Source: Paraspadella gotoi (Eukaryota > Animalia > Chaetognatha). Taken from it: a DNA stretch of 64,000 nt. Numbering within the stretch: the stretch's first letter is position 1; every line of letters begins with the position of its first letter. A program made the translations under genes and the position numbers. The DNA lies in the NCBI GenBank assembly GCA_051294375.1, contig CM119265.1, positions 28,426,260 to 28,490,259 on the forward strand, in the 5' to 3' direction. Under the pieces are notes generated by a model that made no database searches, was not told the origin of the DNA, and saw nothing but the letters and a program-made list of their open reading frames with translations. Positions 1 to 11,271 of the stretch are shown here, piece by piece.

Positions 1-40
1 TGCTGTATGATTGCTCTATCATCATACAGACGTGACCCAC

Positions 41-734
41 CGCCTCGTAAAGATCGACTGTTTGAAACAGTTCGCTTTTATCGACGCCGTATTCCTCGCA
101 GGAGCTCAGGAAGTTGCCGATGTTCTCCATCTCCTTGAAGGCCATCTTGGATTCGTTGATCTTGGGGACCGCGCCGGGATTTAACGCGTTGATCAGGCGG
201 CAGAGGCGCTGCCCGTCCTTTAACTGCGAGTGAAAGGTGTCCCTCGATCCTAAAGTCAGTCAGATTGATTATTAGTTTTGCCGCGCGTATTCGCGGAGCA
301 TCTCGGTCGGTCGGACTGTCCCTCCGTCTGCCTAATAGTGGGTCTGTCCAACTTATATTTTAAATGCTTATAACTACGAAAAAAAAACTTCAATCAATTA
401 ATTTTACTTGTGAAGTCATGCGATCGCCGAATAAGGCGATCATGAGGAAGACTTGTTCCGTTCACAATCACATAATTCATGAGATACTGAATCGTTTTAG
501 TTTTAACTCGACAGAAAGACTTGTTCCAATAGAGCTTATCAATTTTGTATGGGAACCCTGTAAATAAACATTTAGTGAAATTGTACCACCCAACTTACCG
601 GAACAATCCAATGTTTCGTCAATGTAACTGGCGATCCATTCCATCGCTTCCTTCGCCAATTGTTGGTCGTATTTTTCCTCTTTTTTCTTTTGTAATTCAG
701 CGGTGAAACCGAAGCCTTTCGGTCGAGACGCCAT
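41..734 (-). CDS. Myophilin/transgelin/calponin-family CH-domain protein, 5' exons (734-599 and 249-~41); continues beyond the window start
   Basis: MASRPKGFGFTAELQKKKEEKYDQQLAKEAMEWI splices (G|GTAAGT at 598, TTTAG| at 250) in frame to GSRDTFHSQLKDGQRLCRLINALNPGAVPKINESKMAFKEMENIGNFL..YGVDKSELFQTVDLYE, the typical transgelin/myophilin motifs. Confidence 0.93.
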
Positions 735-1575
735 AGTATGTAATACTATGTAATACTATGTATATTAGCTTGTTGGCTAAGTAGTCGAGGAAAGCTTGGC
801 GTTAAAATAGCGATCCGAAGCAAGCTTTTGATTCTCGCTGGAGGACGTCTTGAATCTTTACCAATTCTCGGCTAAAAAGAGAATTTGTATGACTGGAGAA
901 AGATAATTAGCAGGTAGGACAATTTCGAAGGAACAAGAAAGGTAATTCCAATGTGTTGCGCCGCAGGTTTTTTTCTGTCTTAAGAAACGAGCAGTCAACT
1001 GTAGGCGAATTATATGCATTTTTAATGTAAGTGGGACAGACCGACAGACAGACATACCGACGGATCAACAGAAAAGTAACTAATAGAGTTGCTCCACGAG
1101 TACTGGCGGCGTAACTAATTAACTTGTCTCTGCAGCTGCGGCTGCTGATGCTGCAGTAGTAAAAACAAAGAAAGAGCTGGAATTACTTGTAGGTATTTAG
1201 GCGGGCCAAAATTGAACACTTTTTATAACTTCTAGTTCTCTCAAAAAAATTCCTTTTTTACTTCTATTACTAAATCGATTTTCAATGCAACTGTTTGAAT
1301 TAGTTCATTGGGTTGTTGCACTGAAGCTTTTAAATATTTATTAATATATAAAAAATGACCAAAATTTTTTTTTAAAAAAAATATTTTTTAAGAACTGATT
1401 CCTATAGAGCTTAAAAAGTTAAATAAAAGTTAGTACTACAATTTTTTACAATTTTGATAATAAATTGGTTAAAAATAGAAAAAAACCTTAAAAAACCATA
1501 ATCATCATCATCATTGGCTGGATTTTATAGTTTTTTAAAATTTTTATCAATAAAACAAAAAGTTGTATTAATAAT

Positions 1576-2502
1576 TGTTGCGGATTTCGGGCCGCAAAAA
1601 AGATCAATCCTACAACTACCCAGTAACTACTTTTTCCTATCAGGAAAAACGTTTTATTAGAGTCAGTATATAAGGTGATAGACAAACGCGGGTCTATTAC
1701 CCCTCTCCTTCTCATTCACCTCCTCTTCATCCTCCTCCCAGGGATTCGGGGCCGCGTTCACGAGATTCAGTTCACCTTTCTCTCTTCTCCTACTCGTTTC
1801 TCTCCCTTTTTTTACCCTCATTTTTGTCTTCGTATAGATTTCCCTTCCGTCAATATATTAGTTTCCCTCATTCTCGTCACTTTACTTCCGGTTAGGATAC
1901 CTTTTCAGAGTGGCGCCCAATGTGGGGCTCGAACCCACGACCCCAGGATTAAGAGTCCTGTGCTCTACCGACTGAGCATCCTTTATTTCCAACAGTGAGG
2001 GCCGTTACCAGGCCAAGGATTGCCTATCCAGGGAGATTTGGGCATAGTTCCTCTATGATCCCGAGTCCCAAGGTCCACTGGTCTTGCTGGAGCGCAGTTG
2101 TTCTTCTTTCTTCTTGGGAGGCCGCTGAACTGCCCCCAGAAGCCTTGTTACACTCCTTTTTATAGAAAAATCTAGCCTACCCTTCCTCCTCATCTACATA
2201 AAATAGAGCATCTCATTGGTGCAAGGCTAAAGAACCTGAGTACCCCTTGAGGACCCTCAGCTCTCCTCTCTCTCCTATTGGCTGAGGGCTGTGGTATCTG
2301 AGATCTCTCACTCCTCTCTCTCTTGCTGAGGTGTGCAAGCTTGTCATTGGTTCTTCTGTTTTCCCGCCAACTTCTCATTTGATGATCTATGCTGAGATAG
2401 CTGACATAGCAGAGGAGTGATGAGAAAACTTGCTCAGGTACCTCTCTCTTCCTTCCTAACCTTAGGTTGCTGAGCAGGGGCGAGATCCCTAGCCTCGTAA
2501 CA
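1576..2502. mobile_element. 927-bp LTR-like insertion with an internal PBS and antisense tRNA-Lys
   Basis: Termini TGTTGCG...CGTAACA; 5-bp TSD ataat/ataac (the empty site in the 13-kb MITE copy reads gtatta-ataac-ctt); TATA at ~1667; TTTTCA-gag-TGGCGCCCAATGTGGGGC at 1902-1928. Confidence 0.8.
1911..1977 (-). pseudogene. tRNA-Lys(CTT)-derived sequence with encoded CCA, lacking ~9 nt at the 5' end (extended PBS)
   Basis: Reverse complement GCTCAGTCGGTAGAGCACAGGACT-CTT-AATCCTGGGGTCGTGGGTTCGAGCCCCACATTGGGCG-CCA. Confidence 0.85.
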
Positions 2503-2881
2503 ATAACCTTTATCTAATTTTTAAAGCTCTATCAGAATCTATTAAAAAAAAATTAAACTTTACATAGTAATAAAATAATCTTTAAATGCTTCCGTGCGCT
2601 TATTAATAAGATAAATTTTAAATTTTTTTTTTATTTTCATATTCTCTAACAGTCACTTAACCATTATTTATTTGAGAGAACTTCTAGTTTTCAACCTGTT
2701 CCGGCCTAGTAGGTATAAAGATTTTAACACTATTTTCCAAATGCTTATTGCTTAATGTTATTCTTATAATAAGGAAATTAAGGAAAATTAAGGAAAATAT
2801 TGACTATACCGTAGAAGGTCCAGAAAAATCGGTCAAAAATGATAATTAGTTAAAAAATGCTTAGCTTAGCTATCATTTGAG

Positions 2882-2948
<67 letters not shown>

Positions 2949-3559
2949 GAGAGAGAAAGAGAGTCGATCTCTCCAGGGGATAAGTCGGCGTTAGACTCCG
3001 GGATCAGGGCGAAAAACCCTAACCGAAAAAAGGTGTGGTCGGGGAGTAGGATGTGGGGGAAAAGAGGGAAGTGGTCTGGAGAGTAGTTAGCGTACATATA
3101 GGGAAAAAAGTTTAAAAGTGTTTAACGTGAGGCAGAAGTGTTTTAGTTAAAAACGGATTGTGTACTACGTATTGTACATTAACAATATGGTTTAACAGCT
3201 TACAAAGTTAACTATGGAAAGCTAAAAAAAGCTTTTAAAACCCGAAGCATTGGCAAAAATCAGCAATGCAAACAATTGATAAATAACATCAAAAGAAAAA
3301 AAAAACACAAAATATCGGAGGGTTTTTTTTTATTTAATCGTTTTCATCGTCGTCGTTGTTGTCGTCGTCGTCGTCGTCGTCGTTTTTGCTACTATCCTGA
3401 TATTTGTTGCAAAGTCCGTTGTCTTTAATCCAATTTGAAATCTACCAAAGTCAGAGGTTCTCATTTTTCTTTCTTTTTTCTTTTTTCTTCTTTCTTTTTC
3501 TCGTTGAGTTGACATTTCTTTTCCCTTTCGAGGTTACGAATGAGAGGGAGAGAGAGAGC

Positions 3560-3595
<36 letters not shown>

Positions 3596-3699
3596 CCATA
3601 GAAAGACTGGAAACAAATAGAAAGGAATGAAAGAATAAAGATCAGAGAAAAAATTATAAAGAACTGTTTCAAAGTAAAAGGACACAATTATTCTCACAT

Positions 3700-4025
3700 T
3701 TTTCAAACGAATAAAAATAACACAAAAACCCAAAAGTAAAATAAAATTATGCAAATAAAAGAGCAATTAAATAAAATTTTATGCCTTTTGTTTTTTGTCC
3801 TAAAAAAGAAGAATTCGTTCTCTTTTTTTCCATCGAAACTTGATTTCCAGCTAAATCAAACACTTCCCTACCCACATACAAAATTTCAAGTCAATCGCTC
3901 CAAACAATCACGAGTAATTGGCGTTCAAAGCTAACGTGGGACGGACGGGAAGACGGACAGATTGACGGACGGACAGATCGACGGGCGGACAGACAGACGG
4001 ACTGACGGACGGATTATGGACGTCT
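3700..4025. repeat. Interspersed repeat with (GGAC/AGAC)n core, Helentron/DINE-like family
   Basis: Shares CATCGAAACTTGATTTCCAG, CTACCCACA.ACAAAATTTCA, CACGAGTAATTGG and the GGACGGACAGAC tract with 53350-53820 and 57340-57960. Confidence 0.65.
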
Positions 4026-4587
4026 TTAAAGACAAGGAAATTGCAAGGATTTCGGTATAATTGACCAAATTGATATGAAATTGACATAATCCAGTGGCCA
4101 AATCTCCCCTTGACTTTTGTTGACATTTCTGTCAGAAAAACATTAAAAAAAAGTTATAAGGCGAAAGCGCGGTTTACTTTTATACCCAATTTTTTAAAGA
4201 TTTTTTAAATATAATATTATTTAATGATACCTTTGTTAAATACGATGGCGAGGTTAATCTTTAGCAGGAGTTAAATACTAGTGGGTGTCATATTTAGGAT
4301 TGCATGAAAATGCACGATCGATTTAATTTGTAGACAAAAAAATATCATCGAAGGAGATGAATCTCACCAAAATCCAAAACGGATCGGATCGCCGCCAGAA
4401 TGGAATCGCTGAACGCTGATTGGCTGAGACGGAATCGGAACCGACCAATCAGCTTGCAGAAACAATGTCTTTTGTTATAAATAGCTTTAGTTCTTTCTTA
4501 GTTTCAGTTTCAGCGTCTCACTTTGTTTTACTGAGAATAAAATCGAGTTGATTTCAACCTGAAAATCCATGAGATTTTCCTTAAATG

Positions 4588-4630
4588 TGGTGGCATCGGT
4601 GGGATTCGAACCCACGCCTCCAAAGAGACC
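4588..4630 (-). pseudogene. 3' half of tRNA-Leu with CCA, flanked by 21-bp direct repeats
   Basis: Reverse complement GGTCTCTTTGGAGGCGTGGGTTCGAATCCCACCGATGCCA-CCA; flanks ccatgagattttccttaaatg (4567-4587) and ccatgagtttttctttaaatg (4638-4658). Confidence 0.75.
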
Positions 4631-4958
4631 TAGAGACCCATGAGTTTTTCTTTAAATGATATATACAAAGTGGTAAAATTAACCTTTCTAGTATCCAAGG
4701 TATTTTTAGATTGTTGCTTAAATAACGAATCTTTTCTACAATTTTGTTTCAGTAAATGCCTAAGCTTCCTTTTATTTCACTTTCCTTATAATTCCCTTCA
4801 TTACAATTTGAAACTACTTGAAAGCCGCAAGCCACTGGTTTCATTCGCGCCCATATAAAATGCTCACTCGTCTGGGCGACTTAACCTCATCCGCCGGTCG
4901 ACTCAAATCAAAAGATATAATTATTACGACAAAACAAAATACAAAACAAAACGATAGG

Positions 4959-6957
4959 ATGTCGCGTTTTGTTTCTTCGACTTTCGTCGTTTTGTTCGTC
5001 GTCGTCGTCGTCGCTGTCGACGCATCTGTTTTGTCTCGACTTGAAAGAAAATTAAGGCAACGACAAATTGATGGTAAAAAAAAAGAGGAAATTTATTATA
5101 AGTTGTTATTATAGTTTAGTATAGAATAGTATAGTTTAGTTAAATAAGTGAATAATTTAGTTTTACGAATATCGTTTCTTCCGACTGATGAAAAATATTT
5201 AGAAAGTTTAGTAGACGAATAATTATTAAACAAAATTTCAGAACTGGAAAGAAACAGAGTGATAAAACTATAAAACTATTAAATCTCCGGTCATGTTATT
5301 ATTATGAAATGTTATTATTAACTTGTTCTTCCTTCAGACGAAGTAGGCGGACCCCGGGGATTACGACGAGTTGACGTGAGTTTGAAATTGTGAATGTTAT
5401 CCCTTTATTTTTTTTTAGGAGAGAAACGAAAGTTTAGCTTAGTTTATGAATAGTATACGTAGATGCATTTGTTTTGTGCGGAAGCATGAGAGAAAGAGTT
5501 TATCCTAAATGTCTGTATGGTGGACTAAAAATCAACCAACCGTTCGTCAGTGGCCATTGGTGCCGGAGGCAAGTTATTCGCCTCCCAACCCAAAGGTCCG
5601 GAGTTCTCGCCCGGTGGCCGCCTAGCAGTTGAGAGGGACGGGGCGCTTAACCCGCCTGGAACATGGTGTTACAGCCTGATCCAAAGTTCCGAGACTGCTT
5701 ATATTGAACGGTTCTTTCACTAACTCATAACAATTACTGTCTCTTCAGTTGGTGAAATGTTTTACTCCTTAATTATATTGAGCAAGTTTTCAGGAAGGGT
5801 ATTTTTTTCTTTCAATTTCTGAGGCAAAGGCTTTTTTTTTTCTTAAAATGTATTAACGGTGACAGTGACTCAATAAATTAATCAAAGACTGAATATGTGT
5901 AATATGACGTATAGGACGTATGAAATAAAATTCACGAATGTAAATATGACGTAAAAGAATGTATACGAGGATAAACATAATGATTTGCAATGATGAAATA
6001 ACAGTAATAAACCTTCAATATGTAAATGAGTTTAAAATCGTTTAAAATGATCTACAAACACGGAATAAATCTCGGTTGATCTTTTGTTTTTTTCTCCAGG
6101 AAGCTTTTAACAAAGTCAAAGGAGAAATTCGTCAGTTCAACAATCAGTTCGAAACTTTTTTGGAAAAACTCGGGCAGGAATATGAGCAACTGGTTATTGC
6201 ATACGCTAAAGGTAATTATTTAGGGTGGTATTAGTATATATCAGTAGGTGATTAGCTAATCTAATCTTTATCAGGTGAAGAATAGATAAAAATAGCAGTA
6301 AGGATAAAAGAAATATAAATTTGTTTCAACAACGATACTAATTTACTTTTGTAAACAAAATAAGAATGGTTTTTACCCATAACAAAACGAAAGTAAGGTC
6401 ATAAAAATAGTAAAAAGCATGTATTAAAAATGTTAAGACTTAAGTTTATATTATTTTATTGCTATACAATTTTCGTTTCTTCTTCACAGATTTGTCTAAA
6501 TTGATCGAAGCGACTCCGGCGGAAGAAGTGAGAACTTTTTCCATCGCAATTCTAAAAACATCAAAAAAAGCGTTTAAAGAAATTTATGAAGTTTATCAGG
6601 ATTACAGTGAGTTGGAGAGAGAGAGAGAGAGAGANNNNNNNNNNNNNNNNTCCACCACACACCCTTCCATCCCCCAACACCTTCCAGATCCCCTCCACCC
6701 CCGCAAAGAGGACGATGGGTTCGGCCCTTTCCGTCGCGCCATCTCGACCCTCTCGACCTTCGGAGGTTCCATCCAGGAATTCCTCAAGAGTCTCGACGAT
6801 TACGTCGTCCATTATATCGACGAGGAAATTGGGAACGCCTTGGTCGAATGGGAGAAGCAGTAAGTCAAGATGGCAATCAATCAATAAATCAATCATTCAA
6901 TCAATCAATCAATCAATCAATTCAATCAATCAATCATCATCAAACCAATCAATCATC

Positions 6958-7001
<44 letters not shown>

Positions 7002-7502
7002 AGCCAATGGTGAAGGCGTTGGGCAAATGGCGGAAGCACTAAGTCAAGATGACAATCAATCAATTAATCAATTAATCAATTAATCAATCGAGCCAATGCC
7101 AATGCCAATGGTGAAGGCGTTGAGCAAATGAAAAAAGCAGTATATCTAAGAAAGAGTTCAATATCCTATTACCCACCAATGAGTTATAGTTGAGCCAACA
7201 CTCGTCGTTTGCCAATAACAGTAATTAATCCTTAACTAATTTATTATTAATGAATTGATTAATGGTAAACTACTTAATATTAATGAGTTGATTAATGGTT
7301 AACTACTTTATTATTAATGAATTGATTAATGGTTAACTAATTTAATATTAATGAGTTGATTAATAGTTAACTAATTTATTATTAATGAATTGATTATTCT
7401 TTTCCACACAGAATGGATTCGATGATCGGACAAATGGAAAACTTAGACGCAGAATTCGTTAAGCGAATGCTTTTGCAGTCGCTTCAATTCAACTTGATCT
7501 GA
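4959..7502 (+). CDS. Secreted helical protein, paralogue 1 (exons ~4959-5073, 5338-5375, 6101-6211, 6490-6607, 6688-6860, 7412-7502)
   Basis: Signal peptide MSRFVSSTFVVLFVVVVVAVDA; GT-AG exons join in frame; NPLHP..FRRAISTLSTFGG motif shared with the two downstream genes. Confidence 0.85.
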
Positions 7503-7850
7503 TGCGAACAGATGCAAGCAGATGCGAACAGATGCAGATACAAACAAATGACGTCCTGATGCAAACAGAGGAAGAGCGTTGGTCACCGACGCTACTTAAC
7601 AAAAGACGAGACAAATATTTTATAAATGAAAATAAGTTTTTGAATATTAGCAATTACAGACCCAAAAATCCAAAAAAACTACAAAAAAAAATACCTGCAG
7701 TTGTAATAATTTATAGTAATTTTTAATTTTGAGCGCATTTTGTGGTATTGAAGTGTTGTAATAACGATTCATTTTTATGGCTTCAATTGCAACTTTTTGA
7801 CATTTTAAGAATAAAGTTTCAAAAAAAAAAAAAAAAAAAACTATTCTAAG

Positions 7851-9844
7851 ATGGCGCGATTCGTCTTTGCCTCGATTGTCGTTTTGTTTCTCGTCACCGA
7901 CGCATCGGAATTTGCGAGACAAGAAGAAGAAGGTAAGTTATATCATCATCTCCTTTGTTTGTTTGTTATAAATGAGCTGTTTATAACGTTTTTTTTCTGC
8001 TTGAATAAACAGAGTACGGGCCTGCGATTATGCAATCTTACGCGATTACCGTGAGTTTTGACCAATTATTTAATTATTTATTTATTTTTTTTTTAAATTT
8101 ATTTATTTACCGTGAGTTTTGACAAATGATTCACCGTCTCTTTATTATGATTGTGCGCCGTTCAGTTCTTTTCTGTTTTAGATTTTCATTTGGTAATAAA
8201 AAACAATTTAACTATCTTATATTTACTTAATTAAATATAACAGTATTTCTTTTTTTAACGAAAAACTATTAAAAAGTAACAAAGTGTCTTTGTAAAATAG
8301 TTCTTCCATAACTCTTCATGAACTTTTCTTTTTTCTTTGTCAAGAAATCCGCGCATAAATTGGAAACGGAACTGGAGAATTTCGAAAAACAATTCGCGAT
8401 TTTCTTTAAAAAATTGGGAAAAGAATATGAAGAAGTGTTTGGGGAATACGGAGCAGGTAAGGAAAAGAATATGAAGGGAAGGTAGGGAAGGAAGGTAGGA
8501 AGGTAGTTTAATTCTTATGTACCTACAATTTATTGTTAGCAATAATTTATTTAGATTTCTCTTTCTGTGGATCATATCATATCATTCTTGCTCAAATTAT
8601 ATATATATATATTTCTCCCCCACTCAAATGTTTTTTTTTGTTTTTTTTTATTTCTTTTCTTTTTTCGTTTTACAAATTCTTTTTTCTTTCATTTCGATTC
8701 CCTTTTGTTCAGATATGTTGATCCTCGTGAGGGCAGCACCGGAGGACGAAGTCAAAAGTTTTTGCCTACGAATTTTAAGGACGACAAAAGTTGGACTGAA
8801 AGACTTTCACGCCGTCTTGCGTGACTACAGTGAGTGATAATGATGTTTGTGACATTGTGATAGAGAATACAATCTTTATTAGAAACAGCGATTGGAATTA
8901 TAGATTAGTTTAAATTTTATTAAGGGGTCCTGCTTGGTCCGGCTAGTAACATTTAATATTTTTGGAGGCCTTAAACCCAAAAGTCAAAAGAGAAGATAGC
9001 TTATTTATTGCCATAGAGATAAAAACCAGTTAATACTACTCGGTTCCCTTAAGACGAATCTCTCCCTCCACATCCCCCTTACCCCACATTACCCCTCCCT
9101 CTTCCAGACCCCCTCCACCCACTTAAAGAGGGCGACCACCCCTCTCTCTACCGTCGGGCCATCTCCACCCTCTCCACTTTCGGCGGAGCGTTGGAGGAAC
9201 TTCTCTCCAGCGTCGACGACGTCGTCGTCAACTACGGAAACGAGATGCTTGACGACATGTTGGAGAAGGCCGAGGAAAAGTGGGTGGATGTGGATTAGAA
9301 GGGGGGAAGCAAGCATGCTTGGTGGGGAAAGGGGAAGCAAGCATGAATGGGAGAAGGTGGAGGAGGAAAATTGGGGGGAGGGAGAGAGGAAGCAAGCATG
9401 CTTTGTGAGAAGGGAGAGGAAAGATGGGTGGATGGGAGGAAGGGGGGGAAGCAAGCATGCTTGGGAGAAGGGAGAGGAAAGATGGATGGAAGGGGGGAAG
9501 CAAGCATTTTTGCGAGAAGGGAGAGGAAGAAAAGTGGGGGGAAAGGAGTAGAAAGCATGGTTGTAAGAATGCCTCGGGAAAGGGAGTGGATGGGGGACAG
9601 AGGGAATGGCGGATGAAGCAAGCATGCTTGGGACAATTTTGTGAAATCACTAATTGCTGGTTGCTATTAGGACTTAAAAAAAACTACCTCATTACTTTTA
9701 TACATTTAATTAATTATTATTATATATTTTTAAGCTCATTGATCATCAAATTTATTTTTTCTCAGCATCGACGCGTTAATTCGCTTCGTTGAAGGAATGA
9801 AACCCGCGCATCTCAAGATGCAATTGGAGCACACGCTGTCGTAG
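7851..9844 (+). CDS. Secreted helical protein, paralogue 2 (exons ~7851-7932, 8013-8050, 8345-8456, 8713-8829, 9107-9280, 9766-9844)
   Basis: Signal peptide MARFVFASIVVLFLVTDA; same exon phases as paralogue 1; APEDEVKSFCLRILRTTK and YRRAISTLSTFGG. Confidence 0.85.
9295..9630. repeat. Intronic purine-rich minisatellite with GGAAGCAAGCATGCT core
   Basis: Core recurs about six times at irregular ~25-50 bp spacing. Confidence 0.8.
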
Positions 9845-10332
9845 CAATGTGCAATAAAGAGTCCAAAAGCGTTGGAGCGAAAGAGTCAGAAAAAAGTTAC
9901 GCTTTCCTCCCTTGGATATTCTATTGGATCTGTTGCTCTATTTCTACTGGAGCAGTCGATTTATTTCTACTGGAGCAGTCGATTTATTTCTGATATAATT
10001 CCTAAAACACAACATTTTCAAATTTTTGTTTGAAACGTTTTGAAGTGTTTAGTTTTCACATGTTTACTAACGTGTTTAGGTTGAAAATAAATTGTACGGC
10101 AAATTAATTTAGAAAAAGGAATTAAAAAATGTTGGTTACCATCGAGAAAAATTTGTTTATTATTTACATTATTTTTTATTAGATAAGTCTATTTATATCT
10201 GAGAGAGAGTTTGATTGTTCCATTGTTCCGGCACGCTGATTGGTCGATTCCGGTCTCAAACTCACAAACTTTAGTCACTCAGAGATTTATTTTTATCAAT
10301 TACTTAAGATATATCTTTTATAGATTGTTATC

Positions 10333-10397
<65 letters not shown>

Positions 10398-10558
10398 TTA
10401 CAAAGTATTCAGAAAAGACGTAAATTTTTAAAAGGTTTTCATATTTTTGTTTTTAAATTATCGCCTCAAAAGCTAAATACTTATTGCCTAAACTTTTAGT
10501 CCTAATTTAAAAAGTTAATAAACAAAGTAAACAAAAGATGAAACAGAAAAACAAAAAA

Positions 10559-10843
10559 ATGTTTCGATTTGTTTTCCTTTTCGTTCTTTCGTTCGTCGTG
10601 ATTGAGGCTTTGAATCCCGAAGAAATCAGGAAGAATCTTCGCAAACAATTTCAGGGTGAGTTTGACCCACTCTCTCTCTCTCCTCTCTCTCTCTCATCTC
10701 TCTCTCTCTCTTCTCTCTCTCTCTTTATTTTCTCTCTCCTTTTCTTTGTATCCTGGTCTTCCTTCCTCTCACTCACTCACTTACTTGATCTTTCTATTTA
10801 TATCTCTATCTATTTTTTTTTTCTCTCTCTCTCTCTCTCTCTT

Positions 10844-10886
<43 letters not shown>

Positions 10887-10959
10887 CTTCATCTTTTTTT
10901 TTCTCACTCACTTACTGGATCTTTTTCTATCTATATTTTTATCTATTTAATTTTTCTCT

Positions 10960-11039
<80 letters not shown>

Positions 11040-11119
11040 CTTTTTTTTTCTCACTCACTTACTGACTCTTTCTATCTATATCTTTATCTATTTAATTTTC
11101 TCTCTCTCTCTCTCCACTC

Positions 11120-11157
<38 letters not shown>

Positions 11158-11200
11158 CACTCACTTACTGACTCTTTCTATCCATATCTTTATCTATTTA

Positions 11201-11271
<71 letters not shown>

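Larger units (their letters stand above)
1197..2708. mobile_element. hAT-type MITE interrupted by an LTR-like insertion at 1576-2502
   Basis: 8-bp TSD GTAGGTAT (1189-1196 / 2709-2716); 1197-1575 plus 2503-2708 match the uninterrupted inverted copy at 13054-13670. Confidence 0.85.

Noticed and set aside
2873-3766. ORFs rich in ER/SL dipeptides (also 10538-11171, 62563-62875)
   Set aside because: Translations of (AG)n/(CT)n microsatellites
5545-5700. tRNA-like SINE head in an intron; tRNA-Leu-like scrap at ~14962-14990
   Set aside because: Single degenerate copies with no clean cloverleaf or boundaries in this window
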